Assembly (NCBI GenBank): GCA_964016885.1
Contig: OZ024740.1
Span: forward strand, 439,890,001 to 439,954,000
Reading direction: 5' to 3'
DNA from: Eledone cirrhosa
Taxonomy: Eukaryota
Length of the DNA: 64,000 nucleotides
Positions 13,801 to 30,800 of this stretch are shown one piece after another (the first letter of the stretch is position 1; every line of letters begins with the position of its first letter). The notes beneath the pieces were generated by a model. The model had not been told where the DNA came from, did no database searches, and worked only from the letters and a program-made list of their open reading frames with translations. A program made the position numbers and the translations under genes.

Positions 13801-16800
13801 TGTCTGACATCTATATAATAACACCACATGTCTGACATCTATATAATAATACCATATGTCTGACATCTATATAATAACACCACAAGTGTGACATCTATAT
13901 AATAATACCACATGTCTGACATCTATATAATAACACCTGTTGTCTGACATCTATATAATAACACCACAAGTCTGACATCTATACAATAACACAACATGTC
14001 TGACATCTATATAATAACACCACATGTCTGACATCCATATAATAACACCACATGTCTGACATCTATAAAATAACACCACATGTCTGACATCTATATAATA
14101 ACACCACAAGTCTGACATCTATATAATAACACCACAAGTCTGACATCTATATAATAACACCACATGTCTGACATCTATACAATAACACCACATGTCTGAC
14201 ATCTATATAATAACACCACAAGTCTGACATCTATATAATAACACCGCATGTCTGACAACTATATAATAAGAGCACATGTCTGACATCTATATAATAGCAT
14301 CAGATGTCTGATATCTATACAATAACACCACATGTCTGACATCTATATAATATCACCATATGTCTGACATCTATATAATAACACCACATGTTTGACATCT
14401 TTATAATAACACCACATGTCTGACATCTATACAATAACACCACAAGTCTGACATCTATACAATAACACCGTATGTCTGACATCTATATAATAACACCCCA
14501 TGTCTGACATCTATATAATAACACCACAAGTCTGACATCTGTATAATAACACGACAAGTCTGACATCTATATAATAACACCACATGTCTGACATCTATAT
14601 AATAACACCACATGTCTGACATCTATATAATAACACCATACGTCTGACATCTATATAATAACACCACAAGTCTGACATCTATACAATAATACCACATGTC
14701 TGACATCTATATAATAACACCTGTTGTCTGACATCTATATAATAACACCACAAGTCTGACATCTATACAATAACACAACATGTCTGACATCTATATAATA
14801 ACACCACATGTCTGACATCTATATAATAACACCACCTGTCTGACATCTATATAATAACACCACATGTCTGACATCTATATAATAATACCATATGTCTGAC
14901 ATCTATATAATAACACCACAAGTGTGACATCTATATAATAATACCACATGTCTGACATCTATATAATAACACCTGTTGTCTGACATCTATATAATAACAC
15001 CACAAGTCTGACATCTATACAATAACACAACATGTCTGACATCTATATAATAACACCACATGTCTGACATCCATATAATAACACCACATGTCTGACATCT
15101 ATACAATAACACCACATGTCTGACATCTATATAATAACACCACAAGTCTGACATCTATATAATAACACCACAAGTCTGACATCTATATAATAACACCACA
15201 TGTCTGACATCTATACAATAACACCACATGTCTGACATCTATATAATAACACCACAAGTCTGACATCTATATAATAACACCGCATGTCTGACAACTATAC
15301 AATAAGAGCACATGTCTGACATCTATATAATAGCATCAGATGTCTGATATCTATACAATAACACCACATGTCTGACATCTATATAATAACACCACAAGTC
15401 TGACATCTATATAATAACACCACAAGTGACATCTATATAATAACACCGCATGTCTGACAACTATATAATAACAGCACATGTCTGACATCTATATAATAGC
15501 ATCACATGTCTGACATCTATACAATAACACCACATGTCTTACATCTATATAATAACACCACAAGTCTGACATCTATACAATAATACCACATGTCTGACAT
15601 CTATATAATAACACCACATGACTGACATATATATAATAACACCACATGTGACATCTATATAATAACACCACATGTCTGACATCTATAAATTAACACCACA
15701 TGTCTGACATCTATATAATAAGACCACAAGTCTGACATCTATATAATAACACCACAAGTCTGACATCTATATAATAACACCACAAGTCTGACATCTATAT
15801 AATAACACCACATGTCTGACATATATATAATAGCACCACAATTCTGACAACTCCATAACAACACCACATGTATGACATCTATATAATAACACCATATGTA
15901 TGACATCTATATAATAACACGACATGTCTGACATCTATATAATAACCCCAGATGTCTGACATCTATATAATAACACAACATGTCTGACATCTATATAATA
16001 ACACCACAAGTCTGACATCTATATAATAACACCATATGTCTGACATCTATATAATAACACCACATGTGACATCTATATAATAACACCACATGTCTGACAT
16101 CTATATAACAACACCACATGTCTGACATCTATATAATAACACCACAAGTCTGACATCTATATAATAACACCACAAGTCTGACATCTATACAATAACACAA
16201 CATGTCTGACATCTATATAATAACACCACATGTCTGACATCCATATAATAACACCACATGTCTGACATCTATACAATAACACCACATGTCTGACATCTAT
16301 ATAAAAATAACCACAAGTCTGACATCTATATAATAACACCACAAGTGTGACATCTATATAATAACACCACATGTCTGACATCTATACAATAACACCACAT
16401 GTCTGACATCTATATAATAACACCACAAGTCTGACATCTATATAATAACACCGCATGTCTGACAACTATATAATAAGAGCACATGTCTGACATCTATATA
16501 ATAGCATCAGATGTCTGATATCTATACAATAACACCACATGTCTGACATCTATATAATAACACCACAAGTCTGACATCTATATAATAACACCACAAGTGA
16601 CATCTATATAATAACACCGCATGTCTGACAACTATATAATAACAGCACATGTCTGACATCTATATAATAGCATCACATGTCTGACATCTATACAATAACA
16701 CCACATGTCTTACATCTATATAATAATACCACAAGTCTGACATCTATAAAATAATACCACATGTCTGACATCTATATAATAACACCACATGGCTGACATA

Positions 16801-18170
16801 TATATAATAACACCACATGTGACATCTATATAATAACACCACATGTCTGACATCTATAAATTAACACCACATGTCTGACATCTATATAATAAGACCACAA
16901 GTCTGACATCTATATAATAACACCACAAGTCTGACATCTATATAATAACACTACAAGTCTGACATCTATATAATAACACCACATGTCTGACATATATATA
17001 ATAGCACCACAATTCTGACATCTACATAAGAACACCACATGTATGACATCTATATAATAACACCACATGTATGACATCTATATAATAACACAACATGTCT
17101 GACATCTATATAATAACCCCAGATGTCTGACATCTATATAATAACACAGCATGTCTGACATCTATATAATAACACCACATGTGACATCTATATAATAACA
17201 CCACATGTCTGACATCTATATAACAACACCACATGTCTGACATCTATATAATAACACCACATGTCTGACATCTATATAATAACACCACAAGTCTGACATC
17301 TATATAATAACACCACAAGTCTGAGATCTATACAATAATACCAGATGTCTGACATATATATAATAACACCAGATGTCTGACATCTATATAATAACACCAC
17401 ATGTGACATCTATATAATAACACCACATGTCTGACATCTATAAATTAACACCATATGTCTGACATCTATATAATAATACCAGATGTCTGACATCTATATA
17501 ATAACACCACATGTCTGACATCTATACAATAACACCACAAGTCTGACATCTATACAATAATACCACATGTCTGACATCTATATAATAACACCAGTTGTCT
17601 GACATCTATGTAATAACACCACAAGTCTGACATCTATACAATAACACATGTCTGACATCTATATAATTACACCACAAGTCTGACTTCTATATAATAACAC
17701 CACATGTCTGACATCTATATAATAACAGCACATGTCTGACATCTATATAATAGCACCACATGTCTGACATCTATACAATAACACCACATGTCTGACATCT
17801 ATATAATAACACCACAAGTCTGACATCTATATAATAACACCACAAGTCTGACATCTATATAATAACACCACAAGTCTGACATCTATATAATAACACCACA
17901 ATTCTGACATCTATATAATAACACCACATGTCTGATATCTATATAATAACACCACGATTCTGACATCTATATAATAACACCACATGTATGACATCTATAT
18001 AATAACACAACATGTCTGACATCTATATAATAACACCAGATGTCTGACATCTATATAATAACACCACATGTAACATATATATAATAACACCACATGTCTG
18101 ACATCTATATAATAACACCACATGTCTGACATCTATATAATAACACCACATGTCTGACAACTATATAATA
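9150..18170 (+). repeat. Dispersed duplication of a ~2.9-kb block: ~9150-12060 recurs at ~15260-18170 (offset 6,108 bp)
   Basis: ctcca is at 9743 and 15851. ORF copies are at 10049 and 16157. The g of cacgattc is at 11848 and 17956. Confidence 0.9.
13300..15370 (+). repeat. Tandem duplication, period 1,036 bp (exactly 37 x 28). The same block is also at ~6500-7530
   Basis: aatatcaccatatg is at 13313 and 14349. The t of cacctgtc is at 13801 and 14837. Both share the series tttata, ccgtatg, cccc, ctgta, acgac, atacg, cctgttg. Confidence 0.9.
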
Positions 18171-18839
18171 ACAGCACATGTCTGAAATCTATATAATAGC
18201 ATCACATGTCTGACATCTATACAATAACACCACATGTCTGACATCTATATAATAACACCACAAGTCTGACATCTATATAATAACACCACAAGTCTGACAT
18301 CTATGTAGTAACACCACAAGTCTGACATCTATACAATAATACCACATGTCTGACATCTATATAATAACACCACATGCCTGACACCTATATAATAACACCA
18401 CATGTGACATCTATATAATAACACCACATGTCTGACATCTATAAATTAACACCACATGTATGACATCTATATAAAAAGACCACAAGTCTGACATCTATAT
18501 AATGACACCACAAGTCTGACATCTATATAATAACACCACAAATCTGACATCTATATAATAACACCACATGTCTGACATCTATATAATAGCACCACAATTC
18601 TGACATCTGTATAACAACACCATATGTCTGACATCTATATAATAACCCCAGATGTCTGACATCTATATAATAACACAACATGTCTGACATCTATATAATA
18701 ACAGCACATGTCTGACATCTATATAATAACACCAAATGTCTGACATCAATGTAACAACACCACATGTCTGACATCTATATAATAACACCACAAGTCTGAC
18801 ATCTATATAATAACACCACATGTCTGAGATCTATATAAT

Positions 18840-21800
18840 AACACCACATGTGACATCTATATAATAACACCAAATGTCTGACATCTATATAACAACACCA
18901 CATGTCTGACATCTATATAATAACACCACATGTCTGACATCTATATATTAACATCACATGTCTGCCATCTATATAATAACACCAGTTGTCTGGCATCTAT
19001 ATAATAACACCACAAGTCTGACATCTATACAATAACACAACATGTCTGACATCTATATAATTACACCACAAATCTGACTTCTATATAATAACACCACATG
19101 TCTGACATCTATATAATAACAGCACATGTCTGACATCTATATAATAGCACCACATGTCTGATATTTATACAATAACACCACATGTCTGACATCTATATAA
19201 TAACACCACAAGTCTGACATCTATATAATAACACCACAAATCTGACATCTATACAATAATACCACATGTCTGACATCTATAAAAATAATACCACATGTCT
19301 GACATCTATACAATAATACCACATGTCTGACATCTATATAATAACACCACAAGTCTGACATCTATATAATAACACCACATGTCTGACATCTATATAATAA
19401 CACCGCATGTGACATCTATATAATAACACCACATGTCTGACAACTATAAATTAACACCACATGTCTGACATCTATATAATAACACCACAAGTCTGACTTC
19501 TATATAATAACACCACAAGTCTGACATCTATATAATAACACCACAAGTCTGACATCTATATAATAACACCACATGTCTGATATCTATATAATAACACCAC
19601 AATTCTGACATCTATATAATAACACCACATGTCTGACATCTATATAATAACACCACATGCATGACATCTATATAATAACACATGTCTGACATCTATATAA
19701 TAACACCATATGTCTGACATCTATATAATAACACCACATGTGACATCTATATAATAACACCACACGCCTGACATCTATATAATAACACCATATGTTTGAC
19801 ATCTATATAATAACACCAGAAGTCTGACATCTATTTAATAACACCACAAGTCTGACATCTATACAATAATATCACATGTCTGACATCTATATAATAACAC
19901 CAGATGTCTGACATCTATATAATAACACCACATGTGAGATATATATAATAACACCACATGTCTGACATCTATATAATAACACCACATGTCTGGCATCTAT
20001 ATAATAACACCACATGTCTGACAACTATATAATAACAGCACATGTCTGACATCTATATAATAGCATCACATGTCTGACATCTATACAATAACACCACATG
20101 TCTGACATCTATATAATAACACCACAAGTCTGACATCTATATAATAACACCACAAGTCTGACATCTATATAATAACACCACAAGTCTGACATCTATACAA
20201 TAATACCACATGTCTGACATCTATATAATAACACCACAGGTATGACATCTATATAATAACACCACATGTGACATCTATGTAATAACACCACATGTCTGAC
20301 ATCTATAAATTAACACCACATGTCTGACATCTATATAATAACACCACATGTGTGACATCTATATAATAACACCACAAGTCTGACATCTATATGATAACGC
20401 CACAAATCTGACATCTATATAATAACACCACATGTCTGACATCTATATAATAGCACCACAATTCTGACATCTATATAAAAACACCACATGTCTGACATCT
20501 ATATAATAACACCACATGTATGACATCTATATAATAACACAACATGTCTGACATATATATAATAACCCCAGATGTCTGACATCTATATAATAACACATGT
20601 CTGACATCTATATAATAACAGCACATGTCAGACATCTATATAATAACACCACAAGTCTGACATCTATATAATAACACCACATGTCTGACATCTATATAAT
20701 AACACCACATGTGACATCTATATAATAACACCAAATGTCTGACATCTATATAACAACACCACATGTCTGACATCTATATAATAACACCACATGTCTGACA
20801 TCTATATAATAACACCACAAGTCTGACATCTATATAATAACACCACAAGTCTGAGATCTATACAATAATACCAGATGTCTGACATCTATATAATAACACC
20901 ACATGTCTGACTTCTATATAATAACACCACATGTCTGACATCTATATAATAACAGCACATATCTGACATCTATATAATAGCACCACATGTCTAACATCTA
21001 TACAATAACACCACATGTCTGACATCTATATAATAACAGCACAAGTCTGACAACTATATAATAATACCACAAGTGTGACATCTAAATAATAACACCACAA
21101 GTCTAACATCTATACAATAATACCACATGTCTGATATCTATATAATAACACCACAATTCTGACATCTATATAATAACACCACATGTTTGACATCTATATA
21201 ATAACACTGCATGTGACATCTATATAATATAACCACATGTCTGACAACTATAAATTAACACCACATGTCTGACATCTATATAATAACACCACAAGTCTGA
21301 GATCTATATAATAACACCACAAGTCTGACATCTATATAATAACACCACATGTCTGATATCTATATAATAACACCACAAGTCTGACATCTATACAATAACA
21401 CAACATGTCTGACATCTATATAATAACACCACATGTCTGACATCCATATAATAACACCACATGTCTGACATCTATACAATATCACCATATGTCTGACATC
21501 TATATAATAACACCACAAGTCTGACATCTATATAATAACACCACAAGTCTGACATCTATATAATAACACCACATGTCTGACATCTATACAATAACACCAC
21601 ATGTCTGACATCTATATAATAACACCACAAGTCTGACATCTATATAATAACACCGCATGTCTGACAACTATATAATAAGAGCACATGTCTGACATCTATC
21701 TAATAGCATCAGATGTCTTACATCTATATAATAACACCACAAGTCTGACATCTATATAATAACACCACATGTCTGACATCTATATAATAACACCACATGT

Positions 21801-24800
21801 GACATCTATATAATAACACCAAATGTCTGACATCTATATAACAACACCACATGTCTGACATCTATATAATAACACCACATGTCTGACATCTATATATTAA
21901 CACCACATGTCTGCCATCTATATAATAACACCAGTTGTCTGGCATCTATATAATAACACCACAAGTCTGACATCTATACAATAACACAACATGTCTGACA
22001 TCTATATAATTACACCACAAATCTGACTTCTATATAATAACACCACATGTCTGACATCTATATAATAACAGCACATGTCTGACATCTATATAATAGCACC
22101 ACATGTCTGATATTTATACAATAACACCACATGTCTGACATCTATATAATAACACCACAAGTCTGACATCTATATAATAACACCACAAATCTGACATCTA
22201 TACAATAATACCACATGTCTGACATCTATAAAAATAATACCACATGTCTGACATCTATACAATAATACCACATGTCTGACATCTATATAATAACACCACA
22301 AGTCTGACATCTATATAATAACACCACATGTCTGACATCTATATAATAACACCGCATGTGACATCTATATAATAACACCACATGTCTGACAACTATAAAT
22401 TAACACCACATGTCTGACATCTATATAATAACACCACAAGTCTGACTTCTATATAATAACACCACAAGTCTGACATCTATATAATAACACCACAAGTCTG
22501 ACATCTATATAATAACACCACATGTCTGATATCTATATAATAACACCACAATTCTGACATCTATATAATAACACCACATGTCTGACATCTATATAATAAC
22601 ACCACATGCATGACATCTATATAATAACACATGTCTGACATCTATATAATAACACCATATGTCTGACATCTATATAATAACACCACATGTGACATCTATA
22701 TAATAACACCACACGCCTGACATCTATATAATAACACCATATGTTTGACATCTATATAATAACACCAGAAGTCTGACATCTATTTAATAACACCACAAGT
22801 CTGACATCTATACAATAATATCACATGTCTGACATCTATATAATAACACCAGATGTCTGACATCTATATAATAACACCACATGTGAGATATATATAATAA
22901 CACCACATGTCTGACATCTATATAATAACACCACATGTCTGGCATTTATATAATAACACCACATGTCTGACAACTATATAATAACAGCACATGTCTGACA
23001 TCTATATAATAGCATCACATGTCTGACATCTATACAATAACACCACATGTCTGACATCTATATAATAACACCACAAGTCTGACATCTATATAATAACACC
23101 ACAAGTCTGACATCTATATAATAACACCACAAGTCTGACATCTATACAATAATACCACATGTCTGACATCTATATAATAACACCACAGGTATGACATCTA
23201 TATAATAACACCACATGTGACATCTATGTAATAACACCACATGTCTGACATCTATAAATTAACACCACATGTCTGACATCTATATAATAACACCACATGT
23301 GTGACATCTATATAATAACACCACAAGTCTGACATCTATATGATAACGCCACAAATCTGACATCTATATAATAACACCACATGTCTGACATCTATATAAT
23401 AGCACCACAATTCTGACATCTATATAAAAACACCACATGTCTGACATCTATATAATAACACCACATGTATGACATCTATATAATAACACAACATGTCTGA
23501 CATATATATAATAACCCCAGATGTCTGACATCTATATAATAACACATGTCTGACATCTATATAATAACAGCACATGTCAGACATCTATATAATAACACCA
23601 CAAGTCTGACATCTATATAATAACACCACATGTCTGACATCTATATAATAACACCACATGTGACATCTATATAATAACACCAAATGTCTGACATCTATAT
23701 AACAACACCACATGTCTGACATCTATATAATAACACCACATGTCTGACATCTATATAATAACACCACAAGTCTGACATCTATATAATAACACCACAAGTC
23801 TGAGATCTATACAATAATACCAGATGTCTGACATCTATATAATAACACCACATGTCTGACTTCTATATAATAACACCACATGTCTGACATCTATATAATA
23901 ACAGCACATATCTGACATCTATATAATAGCACCACATGTCTAACATCTATACAATAACACCACATGTCTGACATCTATATAATAACAGCACAAGTCTGAC
24001 AACTATATAATAATACCACAAGTGTGACATCTAAATAATAACACCACAAGTCTAACATCTATACAATAATACCACATGTCTGATATCTATATAATAACAC
24101 CACAATTCTGACATCTATATAATAACACCACATGTTTGACATCTATATAATAACACTGCATGTGACATCTATATAATATAACCACATGTCTGACAACTAT
24201 AAATTAACACCACATGTCTGACATCTATATAATAACACCACAAGTCTGAGATCTATATAATAACACCACAAGTCTGACATCTATATAATAACACCACATG
24301 TCTGATATCTATATAATAACACCACAAGTCTGACATCTATACAATAACACAACATGTCTGACATCTATATAATAACACCACATGTCTGACATCCATATAA
24401 TAACACCACATGTCTGACATCTATACAATATCACCATATGTCTGACATCTATATAATAACACCACAAGTCTGACATCTATATAATAACACCACAAGTCTG
24501 ACATCTATATAATAACACCACATGTCTGACATCTATACAATAACACCACATGTCTGACATCTATATAATAACACCACAAGTCTGACATCTATATAATAAC
24601 ACCGCATGTCTGACAACTATATAATAAGAGCACATGTCTGACATCTATCTAATAGCATCAGATGTCTTACATCTATATAATAACACCACAAGTCTGACAT
24701 CTATATAATAACACCACATGTCTGACATCTATATAATAACACCACATGTGACATCTATATAATAACACCAAATGTCTGACATCTATATAACAACACCACA

Positions 24801-27800
24801 TGTCTGACATCTATATAATAACACCACATGTCTGACATCTATATATTAACACCACATGTCTGCCATCTATATAATAACACCAGTTGTCTGGCATCTATAT
24901 AATAACACCACAAGTCTGACATCTATACAATAACACAACATGTCTGACATCTATATAATTACACCACAAATCTGACTTCTATATAATAACACCACATGTC
25001 TGACATCTATATAATAACAGCACATGTCTGACATCTATATAATAGCACCACATGTCTGATATTTATACAATAACACCACATGTCTGACATCTATATAATA
25101 ACACCACAAGTCTGACATCTATATAATAACACCACAAATCTGACATCTATACAATAATACCACATGTCTGACATCTATAAAAATAATACCACATGTCTGA
25201 CATCTATACAATAATACCACATGTCTGACATCTATATAATAACACCACAAGTCTGACATCTATATAATAACACCACATGTCTGACATCTATATAATAACA
25301 CCGCATGTGACATCTATATAATAACACCACATGTCTGACAACTATAAATTAACACCACATGTCTGACATCTATATAATAACACCACAAGTCTGACTTCTA
25401 TATAATAACACCACAAGTCTGACATCTATATAATAACACCACAAGTCTGACATCTATATAATAACACCACATGTCTGATATCTATATAATAACACCACAA
25501 TTCTGACATCTATATAATAACACCACATGTCTGACATCTATATAATAACACCACATGCATGACATCTATATAATAACACATGTCTGACATCTATATAATA
25601 ACACCATATGTCTGACATCTATATAATAACACCACATGTGACATCTATATAATAACACCACACGCCTGACATCTATATAATAACACCATATGTTTGACAT
25701 CTATATAATAACACCAGAAGTCTGACATCTATTTAATAACACCACAAGTCTGACATCTATACAATAATATCACATGTCTGACATCTATATAATAACACCA
25801 GATGTCTGACATCTATATAATAACACCACATGTGAGATATATATAATAACACCACATGTCTGACATCTATATAATAACACCACATGTCTGGCATTTATAT
25901 AATAACACCACATGTCTGACAACTATATAATAACAGCACATGTCTGACATCTATATAATAGCATCACATGTCTGACATCTATACAATAACACCACATGTC
26001 TGACATCTATATAATAACACCACAAGTCTGACATCTATATAATAACACCACAAGTCTGACATCTATATAATAACACCACAAGTCTGACATCTATACAATA
26101 ATACCACATGTCTGACATCTATATAATAACACCACAGGTATGACATCTATATAATAACACCACATGTGACATCTATGTAATAACACCACATGTCTGACAT
26201 CTATAAATTAACACCACATGTCTGACATCTATATAATAACACCACATGTGTGACATCTATATAATAACACCACAAGTCTGACATCTATATGATAACGCCA
26301 CAAATCTGACATCTATATAATAACACCACATGTCTGACATCTATATAATAGCACCACAATTCTGACATCTATATAAAAACACCACATGTCTGACATCTAT
26401 ATAATAACACCACATGTATGACATCTATATAATAACACAACATGTCTGACATATATATAATAACCCCAGATGTCTGACATCTATATAATAACACATGTCT
26501 GACATCTATATAATAACAGCACATGTCAGACATCTATATAATAACACCACAAGTCTGACATCTATATAATAACACCACATGTCTGACATCTATATAATAA
26601 CACCACATGTGACATCTATATAATAACACCAAATGTCTGACATCTATATAACAACACCACATGTCTGACATCTATATAATAACACCACATGTCTGACATC
26701 TATATAATAACACCACAAGTCTGACATCTATATAATAACACCACAAGTCTGAGATCTATACAATAATACCAGATGTCTGACATCTATATAATAACACCAC
26801 ATGTCTGACTTCTATATAATAACACCACATGTCTGACATCTATATAATAACAGCACATATCTGACATCTATATAATAGCACCACATGTCTAACATCTATA
26901 CAATAACACCACATGTCTGACATCTATATAATAACAGCACAAGTCTGACAACTATATAATAATACCACAAGTGTGACATCTAAATAATAACACCACAAGT
27001 CTAACATCTATACAATAATACCACATGTCTGATATCTATATAATAACACCACAATTCTGACATCTATATAATAACACCACATGTTTGACATCTATATAAT
27101 AACACTGCATGTGACATCTATATAATATAACCACATGTCTGACAACTATAAATTAACACCACATGTCTGACATCTATATAATAACACCACAAGTCTGAGA
27201 TCTATATAATAACACCACAAGTCTGACATCTATATAATAACACCACATGTCTGATATCTATATAATAACACCACAAGTCTGACATCTATACAATAACACA
27301 ACATGTCTGACATCTATATAATAACACCACATGTCTGACATCCATATAATAACACCACATGTCTGACATCTATACAATATCACCATATGTCTGACATCTA
27401 TATAATAACACCACAAGTCTGACATCTATATAATAACACCACAAGTCTGACATCTATATAATAACACCACATGTCTGACATCTATACAATAACACCACAT
27501 GTCTGACATCTATATAATAACACCACAAGTCTGACATCTATATAATAACACCGCATGTCTGACAACTATATAATAAGAGCACATGTCTGACATCTATCTA
27601 ATAGCATCAGATGTCTTACATCTATATAATAACACCACAAGTCTGACATCTATATAATAACACCACATGTCTGACATCTATATAATAACACCACATGTGA
27701 CATCTATATAATAACACCAAATGTCTGACATCTATATAACAACACCACATGTCTGACATCTATATAATAACACCACATGTCTGACATCTATATATTAACA

Positions 27801-30800
27801 CCACATGTCTGCCATCTATATAATAACACCAGTTGTCTGGCATCTATATAATAACACCACAAGTCTGACATCTATACAATAACACAACATGTCTGACATC
27901 TATATAATTACACCACAAATCTGACTTCTATATAATAACACCACATGTCTGACATCTATATAATAACAGCACATGTCTGACATCTATATAATAGCACCAC
28001 ATGTCTGATATTTATACAATAACACCACATGTCTGACATCTATATAATAACACCACAAGTCTGACATCTATATAATAACACCACAAATCTGACATCTATA
28101 CAATAATACCACATGTCTGACATCTATAAAAATAATACCACATGTCTGACATCTATACAATAATACCACATGTCTGACATCTATATAATAACACCACAAG
28201 TCTGACATCTATATAATAACACCACATGTCTGACATCTATATAATAACACCGCATGTGACATCTATATAATAACACCACATGTCTGACAACTATAAATTA
28301 ACACCACATGTCTGACATCTATATAATAACACCACAAGTCTGACTTCTATATAATAACACCACAAGTCTGACATCTATATAATAACACCACAAGTCTGAC
28401 ATCTATATAATAACACCACATGTCTGATATCTATATAATAACACCACAATTCTGACATCTATATAATAACACCACATGTCTGACATCTATATAATAACAC
28501 CACATGCATGACATCTATATAATAACACATGTCTGACATCTATATAATAACACCATATGTCTGACATCTATATAATAACACCACATGTGACATCTATATA
28601 ATAACACCACACGCCTGACATCTATATAATAACACCATATGTCTGACATCTATATAATAACACCAGAAGTCTGACATCTATTTAATAACACCACAAGTCT
28701 GACATCTATACAATAATATCACATGTCTGACATCTATATAATAACACCAGATGTCTGACATCTATATAATAACACCACATGTGAGATATATATAATAACA
28801 CCACATGTCTGACATCTATATAATAACACCACATGTCTGGCATCTATATAATAACACCACATGTCTGACAACTATATAATAACAGCACATGTCTGACATC
28901 TATATAATAGCATCACATGTCTGACATCTATACAATAACACCACATGTCTGACATCTATATAATAACACCACAAGTCTGACATCTATATAATAACACCAC
29001 AAGTCTGACATCTATATAATAACACCACATGTCTGACATCTATATAATAGCACCACAATTCTGACATCTATATAAAAACACCACATGTCTGACATCTATA
29101 TAATAACACCACATGTATGACATCTATATAATAACACAACATGTCTGACATATATATAATAACCCCAGATGTCTGACATCTATATAATAACACATGTCTG
29201 ACATCTATATAATAACAGCACATGTCAGACATCTATATAATAACACCACAAGTCTGACATCTATATAATAACACCACATGTCTGACATCTATATAATAAC
29301 ACCACATGTGACATCTATATAATAACACCAAATGTCTGACATCTATATAACAACACCACATGTCTGACATCTATATAATAACACCACATGTCTGACATCT
29401 ATATAATAACACCACAAGTCTGACATCTATATAATAACACCACAAGTCTGAGATCTATACAATAATACCAGATGTCTGACATCTATATAATAACACCACA
29501 TGTCTGACTTCTATATAATAACACCACATGTCTGACATCTATATAATAACAGCACATATCTGACATCTATATAATAGCACCACATGTCTAACATCTATAC
29601 AATAACACCACATGTCTGACATCTATATAATAACAGCACAAGTCTGACAACTATATAATAATACCACAAGTGTGACATCTAAATAATAACACCACAAGTC
29701 TAACATCTATACAATAATACCACATGTCTGATATCTATATAATAACACCACAATTCTGACATCTATATAATAACACCACATGTTTGACATCTATATAATA
29801 ACACTGCATGTGACATCTATATAATATAACCACATGTCTGACAACTATAAATTAACACCACATGTCTGACATCTATATAATAACACCACAAGTCTGACAT
29901 CTATATAATAACACCACAAGTCTGAGATCTATATAATAACACCACAAGTCTGACATCTATATAATAACACCACATGTCTGATATCTATATAATAACACCA
30001 CAAGTCTGACATCTATACAATAACACAACATGTCTGACATCTATATAATAACACCACATGTCTGACATCCATATAATAACACCACATGTCTGACATCTAT
30101 ACAATATCACCATATGTCTGACATCTATATAATAACACCACAAGTCTGACATCTATATAATAACACCACAAGTCTGACATCTATATAATAACACCACATG
30201 TCTGACATCTATACAATAACACCACATGTCTGACATCTATATAATAACACCACAAGTCTGACATCTATATAATAACACCGCATGTCTGACAACTATATAA
30301 TAAGAGCACATGTCTGACATCTATCTAATAGCATCAGATGTCTTACATCTATATAATAACACCACAAGTCTGACATCTATATAATAACACCACATGTCTG
30401 ACATCTATATAATAACACCACATGTGACATCTATATAATAACACCAAATGTCTGACATCTATATAACAACACCACATGTCTGACATCTATATAATAACAC
30501 CACATGTCTGACATCTATATATTAACACCACATGTCTGCCATCTATATAATAACACCAGTTGTCTGGCATCTATATAATAACACCACAAGTCTGACATCT
30601 ATACAATAACACAACATGTCTGACATCTATATAATTACACCACAAATCTGACTTCTATATAATAACACCACATGTCTGACATCTATATAATAACAGCACA
30701 TGTCTGACATCTATATAATAGCACCACATGTCTGATATTTATACAATAACACCACATGTCTGACATCTATATAATAACACCATAAGTCTGACATCTATAT

